From Balamuthia mandrillaris (lineage: Eukaryota), in the NCBI GenBank assembly GCA_031835245.2, contig JAVKOQ020000026.1:1-64000 (forward strand): a stretch of DNA of 64,000 bases, given 5' to 3'. Positions 46,769 through 59,006 of the stretch are shown here, piece by piece. The position numbers and the translations under genes are program-made. Position 1 is the stretch's first letter. Each line of letters starts with the position of its first letter. Under the pieces are notes generated by a model. The model saw nothing but the letters and a program-made list of their open reading frames with translations, was not told the origin of the DNA and made no database searches.

Positions 46769-46930
46769 GTATTGCTAACACAGAAAATCTTGAGAGAAAA
46801 GTTAAAAATTATTGAGAATTATCAATTTTTGAGCCGAACCCGGTTGACAGTATTGCTAACACAGAAAATCTTGAGAGAAAAGTTAAAAATTATTGAGAAT
46901 TATCAATTTTTGAGCCGAACCCGGTTGACA
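46769..46930 (+). repeat. Perfect 81-bp tandem duplication of the transposon end
   Basis: 46769-46849 is identical to 46850-46930. Confidence 0.95.
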
Positions 46931-46945
46931 GTAAAAGCGAAAAAA

Positions 46946-47400
46946 CTATTCAGGGCTGTCAGTGATTGACAGACAGGCGACAGGGGCGGGAAGGGTCGGC
47001 AGGAGGGCCGCGGGAAGCGCGCTCTCAACGGGCTCTTTGCTAGCGAAGGCATCTGTGGCCACGACTTCTGGCTCCAACGGCCTACCGGTGAAGGGAAGTC
47101 CCATGTAGCACTGCCCGAAGTAGGCAATAGGTTTTTTTATCCACCCTTCTGCGTCTTGTGCTGTAATCTTTCCCATTGCCTCCTCAATCTTCGTTTTGAG
47201 GTCCTCTATATCGTTGAAGACAGCTCTTCTCACGAGCCCTTTGATCTTTGAAAAGCAGTACTCAGGGGGCAGGTACAGCACCGAGATGTTATAGGCAGCA
47301 TCTTGAATTTACCCGCCAGCATATTGGCGTGGTGGATCTTGGCATTGTCCATAACCAGCACCGTATTGCGGGGAACAACGCCAGCAAGCCCCAGCTCAAT
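46946..47400 (-). pseudogene. Tc1/IS630 transposase C-terminal fragment
   Basis: VLVMDNAKIHH..LYLPP|EYCFSKIK: the YSPxLNPI segment is deleted and the N-terminus is missing. Confidence 0.8.
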
Positions 47401-48435
47401 GATGATCGCACGCGTGTTGTCATCGATTCGTGCTGTTCGTGCTCGCTTAGCAGGAGAGTGGTAGCTATCTTCTGTTTTGCTATCCCTTTTCTTACTGCTT
47501 GTGTAGTGCTCTAATGCGGTGCACTTTCTTTTTGCTGCATCAAAGGTATTCTGAACATCTATTAATGCCCTTCGCTGTGCTCTACCTCATCTTTAAGCGT
47601 TTTCACTCTCTCTCTCTCTCTCTATTGCAAGTGCCTCTTCAGGAGAGGTCAGTGAAAGCTCAACAATCGGTGTAGTCACTGACATCACTTTTATTCTCCT
47701 TCTCTTTCTTCTGCTTCTGCTTTTTCTTCCTTCTCCTCCTCCTCTTTCTTTCTTTCTTTCTTTCTTCCTTATTTTTTTGTAGCTTCATTCACTGGGTCTT
47801 TCCCCTTTGTTTTTGAGAGAAAACACAACTCCAATTGCAAGAATTTTAAATTTTCTGGTGTGGTTGCTTGTGCGTTTTCAACTTTTCTATCATACAATTT
47901 CAATATTTCTTGAGAAAATCCAACTATTTTTTCAAATGTCAACTTTTTTCTCCACTATTGCTAATTTTTTTTGCAAGATTTTCCGTGTTAGCAATACTTT
48001 AGGAGCCCTGAGCAACACGCAAAACAAAAAATTTGCAAATCGATTGCTGTGGTTTTTGTTGTGTTGGTTCAAAAAAAAAACTGTTTTGTTGGAAAATTAA
48101 GGTTGTGAAACAGGTCAGGCTAAAGGGGGGGCATGTATTTCCTCACAGCGACAAAGGGGAATGGTGGGACGTGTTATCTTGGTTTTGTCTCCTCCTGCGG
48201 GCTGTACACAGGCAAAGAGGTCAAGCGACTGCCAGAGAGGTTGCAGTTTAGTTGAGCGTGTGTGTGTGCAAAAGGGTTTGGAGAAAGGGGGGGAAGGGGG
48301 TTTTGTCCTTCCTCCTCTTTCTTGGCTGGCTGGTTGTTCCAAAAGTCAACAGAATGAATGGGGAAAATATTTATCGAGTCATTTTGTTTGTTGGTTTGTG
48401 TTTTGTTTTGTTGTTCGGGATAGGTCTCCTTCCTT

Positions 48436-50304
48436 CTAGACCTCATGAAGGTCAAGCCATGGGAGATAGCCGCTGGCGATGAGCCTGCTGTCAATGCCAT
48501 CAAGATGGGCCATGTTTGCCCTCAAGTAATGCACCAGCTTCTCCACGGCTTGCGCTGAGTGTTGTCTTGTCTGAAACACATTGCTAGAAAAAAAAAGCAG
48601 TCCGAAAAGATAGAAGATAAGAACAAGAGGAAAGAAAGAGGAGAGAGAGAAGCAAAAGGATAGAAGAGAAAACAGAATGCGGACATGAGTAAAATATAAA
48701 AAGAAAAGAAAAGGTTACCGGTATAAGGCATCGACGAGGACCGTGTCGGACCGTTGCAAGAGGGCTTCGTCCAAGGAAATGACGGTGCCGTAGTAGTACT
48801 GGTTTAGTTGCTTTACTTCACGACCGAATATAATCGCATTGTCCGCCTATTTTGAAATATAGACAGAGAACAGGTTTGCAAAAAGGTGAAAGGAACGAAA
48901 GGTTTAAAAAAACTACATACACCAGCTTCTACTAAGCTGTCCTCAACTTCATTCCAAAACTCAGTGAATAATTCTTGAGACAATTGCTTGCCCTTATGAT
49001 TGCAGAAACGTTCGTTTGAATGAAAGAAGAAAGAAAAAAGAACAGAAAGGAACAGAGAATAAGGAATAGGGAAGATCAAATAGAAAGAGTAAAACAGAAA
49101 GAAAAGGACAGAGAGCATCAAAGAGCAAAAGAGAAAAAGAAGCGCATGATTTGAAAAAAAAGAGAGAATGTCATACCCTCCAACCTTCGCTGCGAAGGCG
49201 GACCATAACCATCCACAAGTGCAACAACGAAATGGTGAACCATTCCATCACCGAACGGTGGTTATATCCGAGAACTGAACCAAACAGAAGGAAACTTATC
49301 GGTTAATACATACCATTTTAGGGACAAGGAGAAGATTGTTGAAGAACAAGAAGTGGCAGGAGTAAATGACGATAACAAGAATGAGACGAACAATAACATC
49401 AACACCAACCACAAAACGACAACAAGAAGAACAAGAAGAAGAGAAGGTAATCCGAATAACGCGATCGTACGGTCATAGAGTTCGTCTTTTCTAGACTGAT
49501 GTCTCACGAAGATGTAGAGCTGGCCGGCATTATAACCTCTTCGTATCTTTGTGAGAAAGAGTCTCTTCAAAAAGTTTTCCTTCTCCTCCGTTCCATTTTT
49601 GATCCTTATCAATGCCACTTTCTTGATGAGCCTACAAGCAAACATACGGTGATAAGTCAGAGACCAATAAAAATAGGATGAACAAAAGAAGCAGACAGAA
49701 GAAAAAAAAAGAACGCAAAAAACAAAAAGAATAAAAAACACCAGAAGAACTGAACAGAGCAGAGCACAGCAGAACGGAATACACAACCACAACCACAACC
49801 ACAAAGAAAACGACAAACAAAAAACGATGGAGGAAACGAAGCATACTCAAGCCGTTCGTGATGCAATCGGTCGTTCTCTTTGCGCTCTTCCGGCGTCATC
49901 CTATTCACCAGTTGATAGACGCCTTCGCCGCTTATCACCGTGATAGTCCCATCTGCGGCTTCCATTATTTCCTCTCTGCTATTATTTTGTGCTTGCTCTT
50001 GTTGAAGAGCAGCAGGTTGAGCTTGAGCGTTTGCTGCAGCAAAGGAACGACGTTGTTGTTCTTGCTGTGGTTGTTGAGGAAGAAGTAGAGAAGTAAAAGT
50101 TGTGGCGGGAGAAGAAGAGGAAGAAGAACGGAAGAGAGGAGCAAAAGAAGAAGAGCGTTTGTGTGGAAAGAGAGCAGAAGCAAAAGGTTGAGAGTTGTTG
50201 TGGATGGTTCGACCACTCGTGCCGCCGGCGGAACGCAAAGGAAGAGCGAGCGGAACCGGAGCAAAGCGTCCAGTCACGCATGAAGCCAGTGTGTTACTCC
50301 TCAT
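48436..50304 (-). CDS. UQCC1: Ubiquinol-cytochrome c chaperone CBP3/UQCC1, multi-exon
   Basis: Presequence; LHLWMVMVRLRSEG; QELFTEFWNEVE; YYGTVISLDEAL..LVDALYRN; LVHYLR. Confidence 0.85.
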
Positions 50305-50794
50305 TTTTTTCTTTCGCTGTGGGGATTCAATAATCAAAACAAAAAAGAGGGAGGTAAGAAGAAGGTTCTGTAAAGAGCTCAATAATAAAAACAGAACACT
50401 CGATCAAAAATAATAAACAAAAACTATGAACGAAGAAGAAGCTCACCTTTAAATAGCTTACGATGACCTCAACACAAATAAATAAGAAGAGGAAGAAGAA
50501 GATCCTGGAAAGGGTGTGTGAGGAAGGACGTCGGTCACCGATCTTGGTGGTGTTTTATGCGCGGCTCCTTTGCTTTATTTTTTTTTCTTTTGGGTTGATC
50601 ATAAGGATGATGTCATCGAGTAAAGATCGGAGGCTGATGTCACCCCGGCCTTCCATGTCGACCCTGGGAAAAGGTTGTCGACAGTAAATATTGGAGGATG
50701 ATGTCACCGCGACCTTCCATGTCGTCCCATGAATTATGTCGACAGTTTAAACAAAGAAAGAAAATAAAAAGCGCACAGAGAGAGAGAAAAAAAG

Positions 50795-51159
50795 ATGGTA
50801 AGCTCGTACGATTACATTGTGGTCTTTTTCACAAAACGTGGATTCATCAGCTCACTTTTTCTTTTTTTGCCACTAGGCTAAAGTGCAAGAAGGAGGTGAG
50901 GACGTAAATGTCACGTGGGAAGACCAGCAAGCCATCAACTCGTTCGGCAGGCTCAACATCCGCTTTCACGAGATTGAGGACGAAGTGAAAAAACTAAAGG
51001 TTCCTTTTTGGCCTCTCCTCTGTGTCTTTCTTCTTCCTCTTTGGCCCTCGCTCACCATAACGCTCTCACCAGGAAGAAGCACAAAACTTGGACGACTCCA
51101 CCAACGAACTCATCCTTGCCGATGATGACGTTCCCGTCAGGTTCGGCTTCAAATCACTT

Positions 51160-51198
<39 letters not shown>

Positions 51199-51429
51199 GA
51201 CTTTTCTTAATGCTGTTAACAACAATTGAAAAACAGGTATAAAGCAGGAGAAGTCTTTGTGGAGGTGCCCAAAGAGGAGGCGGAGCAAATGCTGGAAAAG
51301 GCGCTGCAGGAGAACGGCGTTCAGATGGAGAAGTTGGAAGAGGAGTTGGCTGCCATCAAGAAGACGATGGCCGAGCTCAAGGTGCGGCTGTACGGCAAGT
51401 TTGGCAGTAACATCAATCTTGACGAGTAA
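50795..51429 (+). CDS. PFDN4: Prefoldin subunit 4, multi-exon (first coding exon is the ATG alone)
   Basis: [40 protein letters not shown]. Confidence 0.93.
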
Positions 51430-51678
51430 AAAAAAGAAGTTACCAGCGAAAGAAAGCAGAAAGAAGTGGTGTTGGGATGGAACGGCTGTTTGTTCCGTCG
51501 CTTGGAGAGAGAGAGAGAGGAGAGGAGAGGAGAGAGAGAGAGAGCCACGAAAGAGAAAGAGAAGCAAGAGAATATAGCAAAAGAGAAACCATGATAGAGA
51601 AACAAAAGTTAACAGCAAATGAAAGGAAGGAGAAAAAGAAAGGTAAGCCAGAGGCAGAGAAAGGCACACCGTCGAGTA

Positions 51679-52541
51679 TCAGTTCGATGTTGAAGAAGAA
51701 CCCGTATCTGCCGTAAGGAAGGTTCTAAACTGCTGGTAGGCCGACTCCAGGTCATCATTGACGATGACCTTGTCCCAAAAGTCAGGCTTGTCCCGGTACT
51801 CCAGCTCCCTCTTGGCCGTGTCCAGCCTCTTCTCGATGGCCTCGGCGTCGGTGTCCCCTCTGCCCGTGAGACGCCTGCGCAGCTCCTCCACGCTGGGCGG
51901 CACCACGAAGAGGTAGCGCGCGTTCAGCGTGGACTGCTTCACCAAGAGCACGCCCTGGATGTCTATGTCCAACAGACACACCTGAACGTTCCAAAGTTGT
52001 GGAAAAAAATATACAAAAAATATACAAAAAAATGGAGATTAGAACAAAAATAAATAACTTAAAAATAAATAAAAACAACAAAAAATGTAAAATAAAATAA
52101 ATAAAAATAAAATAAAAAATAAAATAAAATAAACAACAAAACAAATAAACAGGTAGCACACACAAACAAGTAGCAATTTTTTTTAAAATAAAAAAACCGG
52201 TGGGGGCGTACCTTTCCTTGTTCGGCAACAGATTCGACGGCGGCTATGCTGGTGCCGTAAAGGTTGCCGCTGTACTCGGCGCTCTCCAGGAACTTGCCCT
52301 CCTCCTTCTCCTTCAGGAACGTCTCTCGGTCCGTGAAAAAGTAGTGCACGCCGTTCTGCTCTCCCGGCCTGGGTTTTCTGGTGGTGTGGGACACCGAAAA
52401 GCCAAAGCTGGAGGGGAACTCCTTCAGCAAGCGGCCGATGAGGGTGCTCTTGCCCGAGCCTGAAGGTCCTGCCACCACCACCGGCCTCATTGCTGCTGCT
52501 CTCATTTGCTCTCTTTGCTTCCTTTCCTTTGCGTTGGGCAT
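51679..52541 (-). CDS. GUK1: Guanylate kinase, 2 exons
   Basis: [44 protein letters not shown]. Confidence 0.95.
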
Positions 52542-52669
52542 ATTCGTGTCGTCACGAGAAAGTGTTCTTCTGCGAAATTCCATTTTGGAATGTTAGGAAT
52601 TTTTGGAATGTAAAGAATGCAAATGATTCCTCCGGAATGATAAGAATGATAAGAATTATTTTGATTTGT

Positions 52670-53494
52670 TTACAGAAAGAGATGGTCGCCTCTGCTGGAT
52701 GCGCCGCCACTGCTATCAGATACACTCCCGCTCTCGCACACAGTAACCATGTCCTCATGGCAAACCCGCTCGCACACGCCCAGATCCGAATCGGAGGCAC
52801 ACTCGCCCAAGCATGCAATCCATTGAGATTGGCAAAGGCAGTAGTTGTCTGTATCTTCCGCTGCTTTGCTGCATTCCTCCTCTTCGGCGCTGCATTCTAC
52901 CATTCGTGCAACACAAGTATTGGGATCAACTGCAGCAACGTAGACGATAGAGATACCATCAGAAGAACTGAAGAAGCAGACATCAACATTGACCGCAAAC
53001 AGAGAAGGAAGAGGGTACTTTGAATGTCTTTGCTTTCGTCATAACACTCGTTCGTAAACTCAAAGTTTACTCCATTGGGAGCAGTCACGTTGTAGACAAG
53101 CGTGCCATCACGCTGTTGCGCCACAGCTGCCGGGTAAACACGGCTGCAATCAAAGTTGTGCCCTGCTCCTGCCTCCACCTCATTCACACCACACGCCTCA
53201 TCGATGTTCCAACAAAGGTCCTCACAGGCGAAGCCGCCAGCGGTCACGACGTTGCTTTCTGAGCTGTCTGCAAGCGATTCATCGTCCGGAGCTTCCACTT
53301 GTAAGCATTCTCTATAATTAGGTTTGTTATTATTGTTTCAATGATGAACCAAAGGAAAGCAAAAAAAGAAAATGAAGAAAGGATGAAACGAACCGATAGA
53401 AAGTTGGACACAAGAAGCGTGCTCGCTGCAACAAGCAGTCACCTGTAATGCTAAATAAAATACTTTTTTTTGCCTCTGTCAATTTTTGTGTGCA

Positions 53495-53535
<41 letters not shown>

Positions 53536-53886
53536 CAATACGTCTCCGCATATCCTTCGCGAATGGGTTGATAGCTGTCCACGTAGATGAGGTCGTAAGT
53601 CAGAAATGGCAGACACAGCTCTAAGATACCCTCGTACTCCTCCTTAGGAACACAGGTGGCATCCGGAAGGCTTGCAGCCATCACCTCCGCGAGGCTGTCA
53701 TCGTCGCTTTGCTCCCCTCGCACCGTGACAAGAGAGGTCGCTACCATCGCCAAGTCCAAACGAACAAAAACACAGCGCGTTAAGCTTCACTTTTTTTAAA
53801 AAAAAAGAAAGAAAGAAACTTGTTTCAAAAAACTCACCACAAAGGAAGATGGTTAGCAGGATAACACTCAGAGGACGGCGGTGCAT
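52670..53886 (-). CDS. Secreted Cys-rich protein with frizzled-CRD-like domain, multi-exon
   Basis: Signal peptide; CLLQRARFLCPTFY.EC..ACEDLCWNIDEACG..FDCS Cys spacing; second small Cys-rich unit at the C-terminus. Confidence 0.55.
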
Positions 53887-54501
53887 GTTTGTGTGTTTGT
53901 TTATGTGTGACGGCAACAAAAAAAAAAATGAAGTCTGGAAAGACAGAAGCCGGTAAACGCGGGTCAGGTCCCCCTCCACCCCGTTACAAGAACACACCGC
54001 GCCTCAAAAGATGAAAAGCAAGGTGCTTTCGGGCAAACAACGGAACAGCACACTTTTATAGAGTTTGCTTCATATAGTAAAATTGGTTGGCCTAAATGAA
54101 TGAATGAATTGGACATTGCCATCGATCACATGTAGGATGGTCTCCTGTTGTTCAGCGAAACGACAACCACAACCACCTCCAAAAGGGAGCGTCCGTTCGT
54201 GCAAGAACAAAGAAGTGGGGGAAGCGAAAGTTCGCAGGGGGCAGCTACCCGCCGAGTTTCCAGTAGTTCATTCTCTGTTGCGTCCCGATTTTCTCTGTAC
54301 TTCACGCCCAATACTGAAACCCCACCAAAACGACCGAATGAACACTGAAAACACAAATAAAACACTCTCCTCCCTCCCTCCTCCCTCCTCCCCCCCTTTC
54401 CTCTTCCTCTCTCTCTCTCTCTCTATCTTTCTCTCTCACACACTCTTTTTTTTTTTTGTTTGCTTCCAGAACAGAAGAAACACGACGAGAGATCAGAGAG
54501 A

Positions 54502-55169
54502 ATGAGGTGGATGAGAGTGAAGGTGTTGCCGCTGGTGGCCGTGATCCTCCTGCTCTTCGCCATGATGGCCGTGCTCTTTGGGCTGACCGCGGTGGACGAC
54601 GGGTGGGCGCGCAAGGACGACCGTACCCACTTTGGCTGGAAGGGCGGGGAGATCAAGGGCAAGCACTACGACGCGGACGACCTGCGGAGCACGGGCTGGC
54701 AGAGGGGAGGGAGGGCCGTCATGGTGGGCTCCGTGGTGGTGCTGATCCTGCTCACGTGGAGCTTGTTCTTTGCCTGCCTGAGAGTCTTCGCGTGGGGGCC
54801 TTTGAGCATCGGCCACGTTGGCTGGAGCGTTCTCTGCTTGACCACGTACGTTGTTCTTTTGTGTTGAGAGAGAAGGAGGGAAGGAGAGGAGAGAAGAAAA
54901 GAACCTGCATGCTAACCTTTGCTGCTGCTTTTTGTTGTTCTCTCGTTAAACAAACGGCGCATAGGCTGGTGTGGGTGATCTGTTGGTCCACATGGGCGGC
55001 AGACACGCAGAAAGACCGAGAGAGGCTCCACGCCTCGCCGGATTGGGCCTTTGCCTTTGCGATAGCCGGCAGCGTCTGCACGCTTGCCGCCTGCGTGGCT
55101 CTTATGATGGCGCCCTCGTATGACTATGCTGTGTTTGAGGAGGATGGCTATGCTGTTATCGGCGTGTAA
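54502..55169 (+). CDS. Four-TM claudin-like membrane protein, 2 exons
   Basis: Four hydrophobic segments, W..G.W in loop 1, WAFAFAIAG in TM4, YDY tail. Confidence 0.6.
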
Positions 55170-55273
55170 AGAAAGAAAAGATGGTAAAGTCAGAATGGAA
55201 GAAAAGAGTGAAAGAGGAAAGAGAGGGAAGCCTACGATGAAGGCAAGCAAGCAAGCAATCGAAAAAAAAAGAG

Positions 55274-56748
55274 TTATTGCAACAAACATCGTTGTGATAG
55301 GTCTCCCTTCTTCTTCCTTTTCGTTTTGCCTCGTTTGTTGTTGGTGGTGTTGTGCAACAAGCGAATGCCTCTCCGTTGCAACGCGGCAGGAGAGGGGACA
55401 TGGTTCGGTCTAACATGCGAACGGGCACCAAACGGACACATGGCGGTCCCCAAGAGCGTTTCAACCAGTGTTTCCACATTTTCTCCTGTCTTTGCACTGT
55501 TTAAAGCATTATCAGTTGGTTAAAACGATGAAACGAGAAAGAACAAGAACAATGTCAGGAAGCAAAAGCAAGGAAGACCTGGTGCGAATATGAGCCCATG
55601 CTGCCCACTCTTTGGCTGCGCGCAATGCGGTCTCCTCGTCCACCTGATTCTCTTCCAGCAAGTCGCACTTGGTGCCGACCAAGAAGCGAACGCCCTTTGA
55701 CGGTGAGCAGTCCTGCCTCACCCAGCCCAAAGCGCGCTCCAAGCCCGTCAGTGACTCCTTGTCGGTGGTGTCATAGCACACAACGAAGGCATGAACGTTT
55801 CTGCTTAGGTATGCAGAAAGGGATTGAGGGAGCATTCCAGAACCTAAGAGATAGACAAGAGGAGGGACAGGCGAACGTGAGAGAGAAGTCGCGAGAGCGC
55901 GAGAGAAGCAAACCAATAGAGTCCCACATCTTCAACTGCAGTGACAACAAAAGAGGAGAAGAAGAGAGGTAAGATAAACAATAACAGATCAGAAAGGAGA
56001 GGAACAAGCAGGAGAACAGAGCAAGCAAGAAAACGACGACAAGTACGTAACAACTGGTAGAATCTATTGAGAGTGTATACTTACCGCAATGCGCTGACCT
56101 TGAGCCTCACGAATGCGAACCCTAATGTCAGCCCCGATGGTGTTGTGGTGGTGGTGAGGGTCGTAGCCTTGGCCCGCCATGCGAAGAAACAAGCACGTTT
56201 TGCCGATACCGGCCTTGTTGCCTGTCTCAACGCAACCCCCAAAGAAATAATACGGTTGATGATGGAGGAAAGAAAGACGCACGTTAACAAGAGAAGACGG
56301 TACCAAAGATAACCACGTTTATGGAGGCATCATATCTGGTGTCGGGAAAGGCAGGCAAGGGGGTCAAAGGAGGATTCGTCTTCCACTCCCTTGCGCTCTT
56401 TCTGAGCCACCCCATGTAACGCTGCTTCCAAAGGCCTTGCTCCTCTTCCTCTTCTTCTTTCTTCTGTGTGTACTCCTCCTCTTTATCTTCGGGCGAAACT
56501 TTCTCCGCTTCTTCTTGTTCTTCTTCTGGTCGCTCTGCCCAAGAAGGATGACCCAAAGGTCGCCACAAGGCATCCTGGCGGGAGAGGCGAGCAAAGAAGC
56601 AGCACGCCAGGCTCACGTTGCACAGATCCTCCGCCGTCTCCAAGTAGCTCAGCACGTGGAACCACACCTCCGCTGGCAGCAACGCTGCACCACCGGGACA
56701 TTCCGTACGTTCTTCACCTCCGTCCTCCTCTCTCGAGCGCTTCTTCAT
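55274..56748 (-). CDS. F-box domain fused to Rab/Ras-like small GTPase, C-terminal CLLQ, multi-exon
   Basis: LLPAEVWFHVLSYL..DLCNVSLAC..DALWR F-box; G..GIGKT, TIGAD, WDSIG, VGTKCDL and TSAK-like G motifs. Confidence 0.8.
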
Positions 56749-57075
56749 TCAGCTTTTGTTCTTCTGCAAAAGTCAGCTGAGAGGTTAACCTCTTCAGGGA
56801 AGAGAGGCATACTACCCACAATAGTAAATAGCAGGTGGTTCCCTTGCCTATTTTTCTGGTTGCGTGGCAGAGTGTTCCATCACACACAAGCAAAACTTAA
56901 CATCAGCTCCTTCCTTCACTCGGTGTGGATTCCCTTTCTGTCTCTCTGAAGCCCAGGTCGAATCCTACCGTCGTTGTGGAGTTTTTTATTTTGCGTGCAT
57001 GGATGGATGGATGGATGGTCATTATGCAAAGGGGATGTTTTTCTTCCTCTATCTCTCGCGCACAAGAACCAGGAG

Positions 57076-57078
<3 letters not shown>

Positions 57079-57116
<38 letters not shown>

Positions 57117-57136
57117 GAGACAGAGAGAGAGAGACA

Positions 57137-57182
<46 letters not shown>

Positions 57183-57193
57183 GAGAGAGAGAC

Positions 57194-57254
<61 letters not shown>

Positions 57255-57344
57255 CGGAGAGAGAGAGAGACAGAGAGAGAGAGACAGAGAGAGAGAGAGA
57301 CAGAGAGAGAGACAGAGAGAGAGACAGAGAGAGAGAGAGAGACA

Positions 57345-57394
<50 letters not shown>

Positions 57395-57400
57395 GAGACA

Positions 57401-57444
<44 letters not shown>

Positions 57445-57492
57445 CAGAGAGAGAGACAGAGAGACAGAGAGACAGAGAGACAGAGAGAGAGA
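57079..57492 (+). repeat. Compound (GA)n/(GACA) microsatellite
   Basis: Seen directly, about 410 bp. Confidence 0.95.
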
Positions 57493-58090
57493 GGAGAAAT
57501 GAAAGGGGTTGAGAAAGAATGGGAAACGCAGGTTTGTTGTGTGAACTTGATTCGTTTATTTTGTAGATTGCAGGAATAAAAGGAGAAAGAAGAAAGGGAG
57601 AACAAAAAAAGAGAAGAGAAAGCTCACCCCAACCAAAGGCTGCAAAACAAAGAGGAAGCAGGTCCGGTGGAGCGGCCGGCAACCAAAAAGGAAAGGTGCA
57701 GCAAAGCTTGCCCACAGCAGATGCGGATGGCAGCTTTTTCTTTGGAAGGGATAATGGAAAAATAAAGAAAACGTAAAAAAGTGAGAGAAGATCCACAGGT
57801 TAACAGATTTTCGTCATTTCTCTCTCTTGATGCAAGTCGAAAGAACGAAGAAGATGAAGAAGGAAGTAAACCAGAATAGAGTAAGCGTTGAAGGTGGGAG
57901 GCCGGAGGGAGGGCATGCTTGCGGCTAGGAGAGAAAGATTGAAGGAGATTGAGGCGTTGGTGGGCTCAGGGGCGGCCTTGGAGGCGGCGTCTAAACAAGA
58001 AAGAACAAAAAAAAAGACAAAGAGATTAGACCACGATGACATTCAACAAGGTGGAAGTTGGATGGTGGTGTCGGTGGATTGGATATCGTT

Positions 58091-59006
58091 TTAGTCGCGG
58101 TCCTGGGCATCCTCGTTTTCTGCAGCACCGGCAGAGGTGGTAGTAGAGGCGTCGGCGGAGGCATCATCGCGTGGCTTGCTTTCTTCGGTGGCAGCAGCAT
58201 CTTCGCGAGCAGGAGAAGGAGACTTGGATACCCCTCCTCCAGAACGGGAAGGAGAGTCCGATCCCTCTCGTCTGGTCTTCTTTCGTTCTGGGCTACGTGA
58301 GGCGGAGCGAGAACGCGGAGAATGCGATCGGGATCGAGGAGAGGCGGATCTAGATCGTGGGGTGGGGGATCTCGACCTCTTTCTTGCCATTGGGCTCCTG
58401 GACCGCTCCCTCACAGGACTTCCGGAGTAGGAACGGCGGTGAGGAGAGGGCGATCTGGAGTAAGGAGAGCGGGAGCGGGAGTAAGAGCGACGGCGAGGAG
58501 AGGGAGAGCGAGAGTAGGAGCGGCGGTAGCGAGAGTAACGAGGAGATGGAGAGCGTGAGCGAGAGTAGGAGCGGCGAGAGCGTGAACGAGGAGATGGAGA
58601 GCGAGAGTAGCGGCCTCTGCCATAACGACCACGGCCATAGTCGGGAGGCTCGCGGCACTCCCTGGCCCAATGGCCGGGTCGGCCACAGCGGAAGCAGGTG
58701 TCTCTATCTCTGTCACGGCGAGTGCCTTTGGCCCACTCCACTGCTATTCTAGATCCAAGTAGCGAAGCACCTGCAAAAAAAAAAGTAGAGAGCCAAGATG
58801 AACTAATGTGTTTAAAAAATCAAGAAGGAAAAAACCGTACCATCTAAGTCGTAAAGAGCGTCTTCCGCATCCCTTTTGTCTTCAAACTCCACAAAGCCAT
58901 AACCGACCTTCACATCACAACGTACGATGCGGCCGTACTTGTAGAACAAATCTTCCAGGTCCCTAGGACGTGCGTCCGAAGGGAGTCTTCCAATGAATAA
59001 CGCCAT
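58091..59006 (-). CDS. SR splicing factor (RRM + CCHC knuckle + RS domain), SRSF7/RSZ-like
   Basis: [38 protein letters not shown] repeats. Confidence 0.92.

Larger units (their letters stand above)
46769..47997 (-). mobile_element. Degenerate Tc1/IS630-like DNA transposon with 24-bp TIRs
   Basis: GTATTGCTAACACAGAAAATCTTG (46769 and 46850) vs reverse complement of 47974-47997, one mismatch; internal DDE_3 remnant. Confidence 0.8.

Noticed and set aside
46769..46930. CRISPR-like array
   Set aside because: Two contiguous identical 81-bp units with no spacers; it is a duplicated transposon end in a eukaryotic context.
56864..57796. Several 200-300 aa ORFs (ER/LS repeats)
   Set aside because: Translations of the GA/GACA microsatellite.
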